From Tidjanibacter sp. (lineage in GTDB: Bacteria; Bacteroidota; Bacteroidia; Bacteroidales; Rikenellaceae): DNA of 64,000 nt. Location: positions 20,654-84,653 of the forward strand of contig JAZNFV010000016.1 in NCBI GenBank assembly GCA_045576155.1, written 5' to 3'. Every line of letters starts with the position of its first letter. The first letter of the stretch is position 1. This document shows, piece after piece, positions 1 to 10,530 of this stretch. Made by a program: the position numbers and the translations under genes. The notes under the pieces are model-generated. The model did no database searches and was not told where the DNA came from. It saw nothing but the letters and a program-made list of their open reading frames with translations.

Positions 1-2940
1 ATATTGGAACTGCTCAACGAGTTGGTCGGTGATGAAATCCTGCTTAGCGTCGGGGAAGGTGAAGTAGTAGTAGATTTTCTCGGTTATATTGTGAGCAAAA
101 TCTTGTGCGAGCCTGTCGCCCTTCTCAATTGCGCCTGCTGCGTAGTAGGCATCGATGTAGGGGAACGACTGGTAGCCGTGAGGCAGCTGCGACAAGGGCA
201 GTTCGGCCAAGCCCCTATCGAGCACCTCCACAGCCTCCTCGCTCCTACCCTCGGCCACCAGTGCCTCGGCCAAGCGAGCAAATGCGCCCCTCACCTGCGA
301 GGAGTTGATGTTGTAGCGCGAGAAATTGTCGATATAGACATCGGGGTCGCTGACGTTGCCATAGCGATAGACACTCATCAGATTGTTGTAGAGGTAGTCG
401 GTGTCGATGCGACCCATTGTTGCGACGCTCTCCACAGGTGTCTTTATGGGCACAAGGCGGTAGGCAAAACCGTCGAATTGGAGATAGTCGTTAAGGCCCA
501 AGTGTTTGAGCAACGAGGGTTGCACAAAATAGACAGGCCTGCTCCAATCGAGCTGAACGAGCATATCGAGAATCATCACCTCGGGCTTTTCGAGCGTCGA
601 GGAGGTGATGTTAATCTCAATGCTATCGAGCATAAGGTGGGCATCCTCGGGCTTGACAATGCCGGCCCTGAGGGCGTTCTCCTTATTGACCGCCAGCGAG
701 AGTTTGTGCTGGGGCATAAAGTCGAAGTCGAGCTCGTCGGAGTAGGCAATCTTGGTGTTGGGGTGCTCGCTACGCACAATATCCATAGCCTGCTTCAAAT
801 CGACCCTATAATCGACAATATCCTCCACCAAGATGTAGTCATTGACATACATATACTTCTCCTTCGGGAACGAGAAGGGCACACCCTCACTCTCGTTGTG
901 GCGAGCCTTCATCTCCTCAACATACCAGCCACCACCGAGGTAGCTCTGATTCATAATCCTCACGTCGGGCCTTACACCCTCCACCTCCTGATTATACCAC
1001 ATTGGGAAGGTGTCGTTGTCGCCGAAGTTGATAACTATTGAGCCGGGGAGTACTGTGGAGAGGTAGTTGTAGCCCATATCGCGCATAACGTAGCGGCCAC
1101 TACGGTCGTGGTCGTCCCAGTTCTCGGCACACAAGATGGTGGGCACCGAAAGGCACACCACAGTAGCCACCGCAGCCGAGGCCACCTCACGCTTGCCAAA
1201 GAGTTTGCCCAACCACTCCGTCAAGGCCAGCACTCCGAAGCCTATCCACATACAGAAGGCATAGAAAGAGCCGGCATAAACATAGTCCCTCTCGCGAGGC
1301 TCTCCCGGGGGCGAGTTGAAATAGACCACAAGGGCCACACCCATCATCACAAAGAGCCACATAACCACCGTAAAGAAACGAGGATTCTTGCCCAACTGCC
1401 ATACCAAACCAATGATACCCAAGATGAAAGGTAGGAAGTAGTAGCGGTTGCGGCCCTTATTATTAGCCATCTCCTCGGGCAAGTTGTCTTGCGGGCCAAG
1501 CATAGCCTCGTCGATGGGTTTCACACCCGAGAGCCAGTTGCCGTCGGTAATCTCGCCCACACTCTGATTGTCGCTCTGGCGGCCCACGAAGTTCCACAAG
1601 AAGTAGCGCCAATACATAAAGTTGAGCTGATAGTCGAAGAAGTAGCGCAAGTTTTCGCCAAAGGTGGGCACAGTATAGCTCTCGCCTGCATAGCGCACAC
1701 GACGACCCTTGACTCTACCCCACGACTGATAGCCCTCAATGTGGCGCTCGTTGCTCGACCACATCCTCGGGAAGAGCATCTTAAACTCGTCGGGATATTC
1801 ATAGCCGGCAATGGTCTGACGGCCAACGTAGCGGCCATCGTCGCCAACATAGTATTTGGTGCGATATTTTACATCTAAAATTGGTGCTGCATACGACACA
1901 CCCGAGAGAATAGGCTGAGCCTCATACTGCTCGCGGTTAAGCAGATAGAGCAGAGCATAGGGGTTGTCGGGGTCGTTGGAGTTCATTGGCGGATTGGCTG
2001 CCGCGCGGATAATCACCGAGGCATACGACGAGTAGCCAATCAAGATTACCGTAAGGCTCATTACAACAATGTTGGCCAACTTCAAGCGACGTTTCTGGGT
2101 CTGCCAAATGGCCACACCCAGCGCCACAAACAGCAGCACTACATATATGGCAAAGCCTACATTCACAGGCACGCCCAAACCGTTGAGCATACGGTCAAAC
2201 CACGCACCCACCTGAGTTGTGTAGGGGATGATGATGCTATTGACAAAAAGCAGCAACACGCCGCTCACAAGCGTAGAGATGACCACACCTTTGAGGCTCA
2301 CCTTCTCGGTCTTGCGGAAGTAGTAGATAAAGACCAAAGCGGGGATGGTCAGCAGGTTGAGGATGTGGACACCAATCGAAAGGCCCATAAGGTAGGCAAT
2401 CAACACTAACCAGCGTTCATTGCCCTTCTGGTCGGCCACAGCATCCCATTTGAGAATAGCCCAAAAGACCACCGCAGTCATCAGCGACGAGAGTGCATAG
2501 ACCTCGGCCTCGACCGCCGAGAACCAAAAGGTGTCGGTGAAGGTGTAGGCCAATGCGCCCACCAAACCTGCGCCCATAATTGCCACCACCTGACCACGCG
2601 AAGGCTCACTCTTGCGCCCCACCAACATCAATCGGGCGATGTAGGTGATGCTCCAAAAGAGGAACATAATGGTGGCAGCCGCAGCCAAGCACGACATAAC
2701 ATTGACCATAAGAGCCACCTTTGTTGTATCGCCAAAAGCAAACTGGGTGAAGAAGTTGGCAATCATCATAAAGAGAGGCGCACCGGGAGGGTGGCCTACT
2801 TCCAACTTATAGGACGTTGGGATAAACTCGCCACAGTCCCAGTAGCTGGCCGAAGGTTCGGTTGTGAGTATATAGACCAGAGCCGAAACAAGAAAAGTGG
2901 CCAGTCCGAGCAGGTTATTGATTCTATTGTAGCTTTTCAT
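1..2940 (-). CDS. DUF2723-domain membrane protein (TMEM260-like GT-C glycosyltransferase), runs off the window start
   Basis: Hand translation from ATG at 2940: [57 protein letters not shown]...[16 protein letters not shown]...[12 protein letters not shown]. Still open at base 1. Absent from the ORF track, presumably because no stop lies in the window. I checked both ends, not every codon between. Confidence 0.85.
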   Translation of the reverse strand, partial: MKSYNRINNLLGLATFLVSALVYILTTEPSASYWDCGEFIPTSYKLEVGHPPGAPLFMMIANFFTQFAFGDTTKVALMVNVMSCLAAAATIMFLFWSITYIARLMLVGRKSEPSRGQVVAIMGAGLVGALAYTFTDTFWFSAVEAEVYALSSLMTAVVFWAILKWDAVADQKGNERWLVLIAYLMGLSIGVHILNLLTIPALVFIYYFRKTEKVSLKGVVISTLVSGVLLLFVNSIIIPYTTQVGAWFDRMLNGLGVPVNVGFAIYVVLLFVALGVAIWQTQKRRLKLANIVVMSLTVILIGYSSYASVIIRAAANPPMNSNDPDNPYALLYLLNREQYEAQPILSGVSYAAPILDVKYRTKYYVGDDGRYVGRQTIAGYEYPDEFKMLFPRMWSSNERHIEGYQSWGRVKGRRVRYAGESYTVPTFGENLRYFFDYQLNFMYWRYFLWNFVGRQSDNQSVGEITDGNWLSGVKPIDEAMLGPQDNLPEEMANNKGRNRYYFLPFILGIIGLVWQLGKNPRFFTVVMWLFVMMGVALVVYFNSPPGEPRERDYVYAGSFYAFCMWIGFGVLALTEWLGKLFGKREVASAAVATVVCLSVPTILCAENWDDHDRSGRYVMRDMGYNYLSTVLPGSIVINFGDNDTFPMWYNQEVEGVRPDVRIMNQSYLGGGWYVEEMKARHNESEGVPFSFPKEKYMYVNDYILVEDIVDYRVDLKQAMDIVRSEHPNTKIAYSDELDFDFMPQHKLSLAVNKENALRAGIVKPEDAHLMLDSIEINITSSTLEKPEVMILDMLVQLDWSRPVYFVQPSLLKHLGLNDYLQFDGFAYRLVPIKTPVESVATMGRIDTDYLYNNLMSVYRYGNVSDPDVYIDNFSRYNINSSQVRGAFARLAEALVAEGRSEEAVEVLDRGLAELPLSQLPHGYQSFPYIDAYYAAGAIEKGDRLAQDFAHNITEKIYYYFTFPDAKQDFITDQLVEQFQY

Positions 2941-2975
2941 AAACAAATAACTATCCAAATAGACGAATTATTTTG

Positions 2976-2983
2976 CAAAGTTA
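2976..2983 (-). promoter_or_regulatory. Bacteroidota -7 promoter element (TAACTTTG) for the DUF2723 gene
   Basis: caaagtta on + = TAACTTTG on -, 36 nt upstream of the ATG; matches the TAnnTTTG consensus. Confidence 0.6.
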
Positions 2984-3033
2984 CGAAAATAATGAGTATT
3001 TTTACAACCCGAATAAACACTATAATTACAACT

Positions 3034-4503
3034 ATGGCTACAAAGTTAATGCTATACAACACCCTCTCTCGCACAAAAGAGGTGTTTCGCCCCATCAACG
3101 AGCAGCACGTTGGTATGTATGTCTGCGGCCCAACCGTCTATGGCGACCCCCACTTGGGACACACCCGCCCCGCCATCACTTTCGACCTGCTGTTCCGCTA
3201 CTTGAAGGCGCTGGGCTACAAGGTGCGCTATGTGCGTAACATCACCGACGTGGGCCACCTCGAACACGATGCCGACGAGGGCGAAGACAAAATCACCAAG
3301 AAAGCAAGGCTCGAACAGCTCGAACCTATGGAGGTGGCACAATACTACACCAATCGCTACCACACCTTTATGGACAAGCTCGGTGTGTTGCCCCCCTCGA
3401 TTGAGCCTCACGCCAGCGGCCACATCATCGAGCAGATTGAGCTTGTAGGTCGCATCCTCGATGCAGGCTATGCCTACGAGAGCAACGGCTCTATCTACTT
3501 CGATGTGACCAAATACAACGAGCGCTTCCACTATGGCAAACTCTCGGGTCGCAACCTCGACGACGTGCTTGTGGGCACACGCGAGATTGACGGCCAGAGC
3601 GACAAGCGCAACTCCTACGACTTTGCCCTCTGGAAGAAGGCACAGCCCGAACACATTATGCGCTGGCCCTCGCCTTGCAGCGACGGTTTTCCCGGCGGGC
3701 ATCTGCAATGTACGGCTATGAGCACCAAGTATTTGGGCGAGCAGTTCGACATTCACGGTGGCGGTATGGACCTTATGTTCCCCCACCACGAGTGCGAGAT
3801 TGCCCAGTCGTGCGCTGCTTTGGGTCACGACTCGGCTCGCTACTGGATTCACAACAATATGATTACCATTGGTGGCCAGAAGATGGGCAAGTCGCTAGGC
3901 AACTTCATCACCCTCGAACAGCTCTTCACTGGCGCTCACGACAAACTCGAACAGGCCTACTCGCCTATGACCGTCAGGTTCTTCATCCTGCAAGCCCACT
4001 ACCGCTCGACCCTCGACTTCTCCAACGAAGCTCTGAAAGCTGCCGAGAAGGGCTACGACAGGCTTATGAAGGCTGTGGAGGTGCTTGGCAAGCTGAAAGC
4101 CTCGGAGAGTTCCACCGTCGATGTGGCCGACCTTCGCACCCGTTGCGAGGATGCAATGAACGACGACCTTTCGTCGCCTATGGTTATCTCGGCTCTGTTC
4201 GACTGGGTGAGGATTATCAACTCCATAGCCGACGGCAAGGAGCAGATTTCGGCCTCCGACTTGGAGGAGTTGCGTAGGGTTGTAAACCTCTATGTATTCG
4301 ACATCTTGGGTCTGCGCAACGAGCGCACCGAGGGTGCCGACGACAAGGTTGCTCCTCTGATGGATATGATTTTGGAGATTCGTCGCAACGCCAAAGCCAA
4401 CAAGGATTGGCCCACCGCCGACCTTATTCGCAACCGCCTTTCGGAGGTGGGTATCCGCGTCAAGGACAACAAAGACGGCTCAATGGATTGGGAGCAGATT
4501 TAG
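3034..4503 (+). CDS. cysS: cysteine--tRNA ligase
   Basis: CGPTVY, HLGH (HIGH-type), [32 protein letters not shown] 3034 follows an A-rich leader. Unusual substitutions are described under findings. Confidence 0.97.
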   Translation: MATKLMLYNTLSRTKEVFRPINEQHVGMYVCGPTVYGDPHLGHTRPAITFDLLFRYLKALGYKVRYVRNITDVGHLEHDADEGEDKITKKARLEQLEPMEVAQYYTNRYHTFMDKLGVLPPSIEPHASGHIIEQIELVGRILDAGYAYESNGSIYFDVTKYNERFHYGKLSGRNLDDVLVGTREIDGQSDKRNSYDFALWKKAQPEHIMRWPSPCSDGFPGGHLQCTAMSTKYLGEQFDIHGGGMDLMFPHHECEIAQSCAALGHDSARYWIHNNMITIGGQKMGKSLGNFITLEQLFTGAHDKLEQAYSPMTVRFFILQAHYRSTLDFSNEALKAAEKGYDRLMKAVEVLGKLKASESSTVDVADLRTRCEDAMNDDLSSPMVISALFDWVRIINSIADGKEQISASDLEELRRVVNLYVFDILGLRNERTEGADDKVAPLMDMILEIRRNAKANKDWPTADLIRNRLSEVGIRVKDNKDGSMDWEQI

Positions 4504-4540
4504 TCCCACCATATTATTATATATAGAGAGTTTTTTACAC

Positions 4541-4575
4541 AAAAAGGGGGGCAACCGTCGGTTGCCACCCTTTTT
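4541..4575. terminator. Bidirectional intrinsic terminator
   Basis: aaaaagggGGGCAAC-cgtcg-GTTGCCaccc-ttttt between convergent cysS and lipoprotein stops. Confidence 0.8.
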
Positions 4576-4594
4576 GTGTGGTGCAGTCGCCACC

Positions 4595-6073
4595 CTATCG
4601 GGCGAAGTTGAAAATCTCCTCTCCGGGGGTATAGACTTTGGCGGGGCGCACAGCCTTCGTATAGAGATTCTGGCGCGCGGTGGGGCGAGCTACGGGAGCT
4701 ACGGCCACCTGACCGCCTGCGGGGTTGATTGCGGCAGGCATCTCCAACAAGTCGGCATTGGTAAGCCTATAATACTTGCCGTCGATGTCGGCCACAAAGA
4801 ACATAAAGTCGAAGAAGGGGTAGCCCTGAACGCTATCGTCGTCGTAGCGCACCAAGGCCCTCTGGCCACCGTCGAGTATGCCTGCAATGCCTATTCCATA
4901 CTCGCCTGCCTCGATGGTATACATACCGCCCTCGTCGTCGAGACCCAAGAAATAGACATCGCCAATGCCGGCTTCGCCGAAATTAACATCCTCAGCCACC
5001 AGCTGTGCATAGAAGAAGAGCGCATCGAGCGAGGCGTTGTAATCGACCTTCACCATAAAGTCGGGGTCGTTCTCCCAGTAGGACATATAGAAGAACTTGT
5101 TGGCCAAACCGTTGGAGAGGTTGATTGTGTAGCTAACGCCATTGTTGCCCACAACCTCCCAGTTGCCGAGCCAAGCCTTGAAGTTGCCTGTAGCCACCTG
5201 CTCCTTCACCTCGAAGGTTTCGGAAACGGCATAAAGACCTGTGAGTGTGCCCTGCTCATTGACACCCAGAGCCACAGCTTTGTAGTAGCCGGGGTTGAGG
5301 TTGAAGGCGTCGTAGCCGTCGCCCACAAAGAGCATATCGGCCAGGGTGTAGGATGTGCCGTTGGCGGAGTTGAACTCGGTGAGGTAGTTGCGGAGGTCGG
5401 TCACGAGGTAGCTACCCAACTCCAAGAGTCCTTCGGGGTCCCACTCGCTGGCATAGACAGCAGTCAGCAGATAGGGGTTGTGGTCGGTGCTGGTCACTTT
5501 GACGATGTGGTCGAACTGCTGGTCGTAGAGCGTGCCTGCGCCAAGGTAGCTGACGCTCCACGCCTCATTGACCCTCATACCGCTTGGAGTGCCGCCACCG
5601 CCGCCGCCATTGCCGCCGCCATTGCCACCACCATTGCTGCCCTCGGCTGTGGTGAACTCAAACACACCGTAGCCACCATAGACCTCGCCTTTTTCGGAGA
5701 GTCCGAAGGCGATGTATTTGTAGGTGGTGGCGGGAGTGAGATCTTTGAGTATGGTCACATAGCTTTTGCTGGCGCGGAGCTGTGCCACGTCGGAGCTTGC
5801 GAGGAAAGCGAGTGCGGCCTCGTCGATGAGTGCTTTTTCGCTCTTATCGACCTCGGCGGTCACAAAGCCCAACCAAGTGTCGGCAGTCGAGCCATTGTGC
5901 GACACCTTCACTTTGGCTGTGGTAGAGGTGATGTCCTCCACATCGACGGAGAGAGTGAGATCGTGATTGAGGTTAGGATTTTCGGTCTGCTCCTCTTGGT
6001 TGTCACAACCTCCGAGGGCTATGGCAGCCACCGCCGCCATAGCCATCAGAGCCAAATGTTTCACGAATTTCAT
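4595..6073 (-). CDS. Surface lipoprotein of unknown function (FN3-like beta domains, Gly-rich linker)
   Basis: Lipobox ALGG-C; YKYIAFGL and YYKAVALGV FN3-like strands; GGGNGGGNGGGGGG linker. Confidence 0.75.
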   Translation of the reverse strand: MKFVKHLALMAMAAVAAIALGGCDNQEEQTENPNLNHDLTLSVDVEDITSTTAKVKVSHNGSTADTWLGFVTAEVDKSEKALIDEAALAFLASSDVAQLRASKSYVTILKDLTPATTYKYIAFGLSEKGEVYGGYGVFEFTTAEGSNGGGNGGGNGGGGGGTPSGMRVNEAWSVSYLGAGTLYDQQFDHIVKVTSTDHNPYLLTAVYASEWDPEGLLELGSYLVTDLRNYLTEFNSANGTSYTLADMLFVGDGYDAFNLNPGYYKAVALGVNEQGTLTGLYAVSETFEVKEQVATGNFKAWLGNWEVVGNNGVSYTINLSNGLANKFFYMSYWENDPDFMVKVDYNASLDALFFYAQLVAEDVNFGEAGIGDVYFLGLDDEGGMYTIEAGEYGIGIAGILDGGQRALVRYDDDSVQGYPFFDFMFFVADIDGKYYRLTNADLLEMPAAINPAGGQVAVAPVARPTARQNLYTKAVRPAKVYTPGEEIFNFAR

Positions 6074-6106
6074 AAATCAATTCTTTCTAAAATTCAGTGT
6101 AGTACG

Positions 6107-9100
6107 TTACTCTTTCTCAGTGTTTTTGTAGATACAAATTGCTGCCTGAGCATCGGTTGCAAGATTTGCTGTTGTCGAATAAGTAGAGAATCCACCCGAC
6201 GAAGACACATAATTGAAACGAACTACCTTGCCAGAACTCTTGGACGTAATAGTTGCTTCACCATCTGCTGCAACATCAATTGTCCAAGCACGACTATTGG
6301 ATGCTTTTGTTGTGTGCATTTTCAAACCACCAGTAGTGTAATACATATAATATGTGGTTCCAGATAAATCAAATTCAAATGCTACTGTACCATCACTATA
6401 CCCTTCCACAAGAGTAAACTTCTGAACATCTTTACTATTAACCTCCTCCGAAGAAATGGAATTACCGTTAATTACCACTTCGCTCTTCTTGGAGTTAGCA
6501 TTGTTGGCATGAGTACTTGTAAAGCAACCAAGTGCGTAATTTGCGTTCTTGGCTACAATGATTACCTCGTCGCCAATAGCGAGTTCGCTTGCATCGGTTA
6601 CAAGTACCCAACCCTTAACCTTTGCGGGGTCAATCTTCTGGGTAACGGTGACGGTGGTCGAAGCCAAACCGGTCTTGAAGGTAACATCTACGCTGCGAGC
6701 TGCCTCAGCCTCGTTGGTGGAGGTGAAGGTAACGGTAGCGGTGGTGTTCTCCGAGGTGGGGTCGGTGGTGTAGCTAATCGTTGCAAAGTCGCAATCGCCC
6801 ATCTCGTAGGTAACATCCAAGCCCGAGGTGGTTGCAATGCTGATGGTTGCAGTAGAACCAGCAGTGTACTCAGCAGCGGTAGCGGTAGCCTCAATGTTGT
6901 AGTGCGAGATGTAGTAGGCGGGCTTGCCGCTCTTACCTGCGGTCTCAACATCTGTCAGACGAGGAACTGTGATGGTAATCACGTCGCCTACTTTCAGATT
7001 GAGGTTGCCTGCAACATTCTGATTGGTTGATTCATCTACAAGACCCCTAACTTGGATAGGATCGCCGCTCTCATCATCAATGGTAAATACAGCGAGGCTC
7101 TGGAAAATATCCTCTGCCTCGATAATCCTACCAGTCAGCTCGTAGCGTACATATTCATTGTCGCTCCTGTCGTTTGCGGGGATTGCAATGTACTCAGCAA
7201 TGGTCATCTTGGGGATGAAGCCCTTTTGGAGCAGATTGAACTCCCAAGTGATGTCGGTCTGACCTGCAAGGGTAGCAGTGATAGTAACGGTAGTCTCACG
7301 AACAGCACCGAGGTTAGCCTCAGCAGTGTAGGTCAGGCAGTTGTTTGCTTTATCGAAAGCGAGCGAGGTAATCCACTCAGCATCGGTGGTGGCGGTAATA
7401 TCCCAGTCGCCAACATAGTTGAATACAACCTCGGGGATGGGAGTAGCGCTAACGGCTGCATCTTCGGAAATAACTGCATCGTTGGCGGTTACGTCGGCAG
7501 CAACTACGGGGATAGTACCCTTAACACCCACCAAGCGGTAGAGGCTCAGAGCTTGGCCAGTGCTGGTGCTACTGATAAAATACTTGCTTGTGTTGTAGGA
7601 GATATAGTTGCCACTGAACTCACCTGCAACATTTTTGATTGTAGCAGCGCCGTCGGCGATGGTAACATTGAAGGATGCGTTCTCATCAACATAGGGCTGA
7701 TTTTCGAGTTTTGCTACGCTTGCAGATGAAGAGGTGATGCTCGAAACAAGGAAGCCCTTGTTGGTTGCATCGTAGAATGCGAAAGTACCATCTACCGAGC
7801 CTGCGCCCAAAACAAAGGTCTGAACATCAAGCGCAGAGGGAACGAGGTAGTAGTTGCCAATCTTGGTAACAGCGGTCTCGGAGCGCCTGTCGGAAGCGAT
7901 AGTGGTGCTCATAGCCACATCGTAGTCCTTAGCAGCGATAATCACTTTGTCGCCTGCTTCGAGGGTTGCAGCGTCGGTCACAAGCTCCCAAGTGTTACCC
8001 TTTGTAGTATCAGCACCCTGAACGATAGCCACAGAGGTGGTTGCCAAGCCATCGGTAAAGGTAGCCACAACCTCACGAGGAGCACCCTCGTTGGTAGGCA
8101 ACTTAACGGTAGCCTCGGTTGCGTTCTCGGTGTAGATGAGCTGTGCAAACAACTCGCTAACGCTACCAGTGATAGTCTGAGGAGTGAGAGTACCACCCTT
8201 AGCGATAGTTACTTTCACATCGCCACCGCTGTATGCAACGTGGTCTGTTTCGACAGTTGCCGAGAGGTTGTAGTAACCCTGGCAAAGAGCGTGAGCCGAG
8301 CTGCTACCACCGTAACCACTATTCGTCTTAGTTGCCAAGATGGTAACTACATTACCTAAGGCATTTGCATCGGTATTATAGAAACTGCTCTTATTGTCGG
8401 CCGTATAAACATACCTAAATTTGGCCGTATTGCCCTTACCATCGGAAATCTCAGTATCAGAGGTGTTAGACTTAACGCTTGTAGTGATAACACCAGTAAC
8501 AAGATACTCAGCGTTTGCATCTACGCCCAACTTGGCAAAATCCTCAACAGAAATAGGCTGAGGCTCGCCCTTCTGAACAACTTTGAAAGTCTTTACGATG
8601 TCATCTTCGCCATCGTGCGAAGCGGTGATGGTAACAACTGCGTTGCGCACTGCACCAGTGTTGGCAGTAGCGGTGTAGGAGAGTTTCTCGTCGGCATAGT
8701 TAAGAGTGAGCCAATCGGCATTGTCGGAAACGCTAATAGTCCAGTCGCCAACATAGTTAAATGCGACAGTTTCAAATTCAGCACCAGTTGCACCCTCCTT
8801 ACCAATCACAACAGGACTGTTCTCAGCAGGTACGGTAAATTGTGCCTCGGGAGTAGGAACAACACCTTTCACACCACCTGCAATTTTGTAAATGCAAATG
8901 TCGTCGTGTTCGTTAGTAATGGTACTCGTACATCCAAATCTACGGTTGCTTGTTGTGTTGCCACCGCTATAAGCTCTATACCTCAGTTTCTTGTATGTAT
9001 GGTCGCTATCGGTTGCTTCAAGAGTCGCCGTACCATCCTCAATAGTAGTATAGAACAAAGACCTACCACTGGGAGTTGTTTGCACTTTCAGATTGTTATT

Positions 9101-10309
9101 TGTGCTATAAGTACATATATAACCACTATAACTGTCGCCATCATACTCGTTTGGCTGATTATAGAACTCAAAGGCATTCTCCTTGCCAGCACGAGGAGCA
9201 ACCACAAGGTGCTGAATCCTATTGTTTGCCTCACTTGCAGCAGCAATGGGGTGGTAGAGATAGTCGCCAATCTTAACAACCTCGGTATATGAAGCATAGG
9301 GATAAGAACTTGCCCATTTACCCATTACCCAATTATAATTCTTCGAAACGAAGGTCACAATGTCGCCTGCTTCGAGTTCGTTTACATCCCTAACAAGCAT
9401 CCACTTGTCGCCGGCAACAACGCCCTCCATATTCACGCCAAAGCGGGTAACCATACCTGCGGCGAATTGGAGCGACTTACCATCGGGAATAGTACCCTTC
9501 TTAACATAGATTTTATCCTCGGTAACAATGGTTACGGTGTATTCGTCGCCAGCAGCGAGGGTGGTGGGCATAAGGGTGAAATAAACTGCACCGTTATTTA
9601 CCGCGCCATCGATAGTAATGGTATCGCTACCCTCTGCAACCACGAAGTTGTGAGTGCCATCCTCATTGGCGATATTTTCGAGGTCGGCATTGATAGTACC
9701 TGCTATATTTTTGCCGTTGGCGGTGAAAATAACCTTCTCAATCGTACCCTCGACACCCTTAATAGACATCTTAGCCACAGCAGCCAAGCGAGTGAACTGC
9801 AAATACTGAGCCTCGGTGGGCTGTGCTGCGGTAGTAACCACCTTCGACACCATCAAATCGGCATTGGGGTCGTAGGAGGCATCGCTGTACATAGTCTGAT
9901 TGTTCGATAAGTAGAGCTTTGCAGCATAGATACTCTCGGAATCACTCTCATAATAACCGGATAGGGGATAGACAGCCACATACTTATACTCACTCTGGCC
10001 TGCATTGTGGTCAAAGGTTGCGGTGATAGTAGCTTTGCCCTCATCGTCTTTGGCATACTCTACATTAGTGGCAGAAGCAAGCGATGTGGTCTGCTCCAAA
10101 ACTGCGAAAGTTTCATTATTACCCCAAGCAAAAACAGGTACGTCGCCCGAAGTATCGACCGATGTACGGCTCTCTGCTGCCGAGTCGGCAACAAAAGTTA
10201 CAACAACCGACTCCTTAGCCTCGATTTTCTCCTCAATATCGTTCTGGCAAGCGGTAAGGCCCATTGCAGCTACTGCAAAAAAGGCCAACATTTTCATAAT
10301 CCTTTTCAT
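6107..10309 (-). CDS. 1400-aa fimbrillin-like adhesin lipoprotein with repeated beta/BACON/OB-like modules
   Basis: Lipobox LTA-C-QNDIEE, strand then SRT (type V pilin-like processing site), BACON motifs (DWLTLN...ANTGAVR; EWITS...ANLGAVR), three WxLVxDxxxLxxGDxV domains. Confidence 0.8.
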   Translation of the reverse strand: MKRIMKMLAFFAVAAMGLTACQNDIEEKIEAKESVVVTFVADSAAESRTSVDTSGDVPVFAWGNNETFAVLEQTTSLASATNVEYAKDDEGKATITATFDHNAGQSEYKYVAVYPLSGYYESDSESIYAAKLYLSNNQTMYSDASYDPNADLMVSKVVTTAAQPTEAQYLQFTRLAAVAKMSIKGVEGTIEKVIFTANGKNIAGTINADLENIANEDGTHNFVVAEGSDTITIDGAVNNGAVYFTLMPTTLAAGDEYTVTIVTEDKIYVKKGTIPDGKSLQFAAGMVTRFGVNMEGVVAGDKWMLVRDVNELEAGDIVTFVSKNYNWVMGKWASSYPYASYTEVVKIGDYLYHPIAAASEANNRIQHLVVAPRAGKENAFEFYNQPNEYDGDSYSGYICTYSTNNNLKVQTTPSGRSLFYTTIEDGTATLEATDSDHTYKKLRYRAYSGGNTTSNRRFGCTSTITNEHDDICIYKIAGGVKGVVPTPEAQFTVPAENSPVVIGKEGATGAEFETVAFNYVGDWTISVSDNADWLTLNYADEKLSYTATANTGAVRNAVVTITASHDGEDDIVKTFKVVQKGEPQPISVEDFAKLGVDANAEYLVTGVITTSVKSNTSDTEISDGKGNTAKFRYVYTADNKSSFYNTDANALGNVVTILATKTNSGYGGSSSAHALCQGYYNLSATVETDHVAYSGGDVKVTIAKGGTLTPQTITGSVSELFAQLIYTENATEATVKLPTNEGAPREVVATFTDGLATTSVAIVQGADTTKGNTWELVTDAATLEAGDKVIIAAKDYDVAMSTTIASDRRSETAVTKIGNYYLVPSALDVQTFVLGAGSVDGTFAFYDATNKGFLVSSITSSSASVAKLENQPYVDENASFNVTIADGAATIKNVAGEFSGNYISYNTSKYFISSTSTGQALSLYRLVGVKGTIPVVAADVTANDAVISEDAAVSATPIPEVVFNYVGDWDITATTDAEWITSLAFDKANNCLTYTAEANLGAVRETTVTITATLAGQTDITWEFNLLQKGFIPKMTIAEYIAIPANDRSDNEYVRYELTGRIIEAEDIFQSLAVFTIDDESGDPIQVRGLVDESTNQNVAGNLNLKVGDVITITVPRLTDVETAGKSGKPAYYISHYNIEATATAAEYTAGSTATISIATTSGLDVTYEMGDCDFATISYTTDPTSENTTATVTFTSTNEAEAARSVDVTFKTGLASTTVTVTQKIDPAKVKGWVLVTDASELAIGDEVIIVAKNANYALGCFTSTHANNANSKKSEVVINGNSISSEEVNSKDVQKFTLVEGYSDGTVAFEFDLSGTTYYMYYTTGGLKMHTTKASNSRAWTIDVAADGEATITSKSSGKVVRFNYVSSSGGFSTYSTTANLATDAQAAICIYKNTEKE

Positions 10310-10324
10310 AGTCCAGAAAAATTT

Positions 10325-10483
10325 TTAGAGTTCAATCCATTCATCGCTGCCCTCTTCTCCGCCAATATATCCGGAGTCTTGACCGGGCGTACCTGCCCCA
10401 CCAAATGGGCTGGCTGCAATACCGTTCTCCACAACTACATCCTCGACGCAGATTGTGGGCTGTGTGTAAATACTCTTTTTCAT
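10325..10483 (-). CDS. 52-aa small peptide (not in ORF track), leader/core-like
   Basis: MKKSIYTQPTICVEDVVVENGIAASPFGGAGTPGQDSGYIGGEEGSDEWIEL*; A-rich initiation region aacaaacaaaaaacact-ATG; homologous to the peptide at 61246-61374. Confidence 0.8.
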   Translation of the reverse strand: MKKSIYTQPTICVEDVVVENGIAASPFGGAGTPGQDSGYIGGEEGSDEWIEL

Positions 10484-10530
10484 AGTGTTTTTTGTTTGTT
10501 AAGTTATTGATTGTTTGATTGTCTGATTGT

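Noticed and set aside
4-1041. 345-aa plus-strand ORF, and similar long antisense ORFs at 4562-6367, 12295-14253, 28459-30330, 56831-58876 and 60245-61276
   Set aside because: In-register shadows of real minus-strand genes; no recognisable motifs and explained by codon bias.
2791-3033. N-terminal extension of the cysS ORF
   Set aside because: Overlaps the divergent DUF2723 gene and its promoter; ATG 3034 matches normal CysRS length.
5591-5640. GCC/GGC-rich repeat
   Set aside because: Encodes an ordinary Gly/Asn linker within a lipoprotein.
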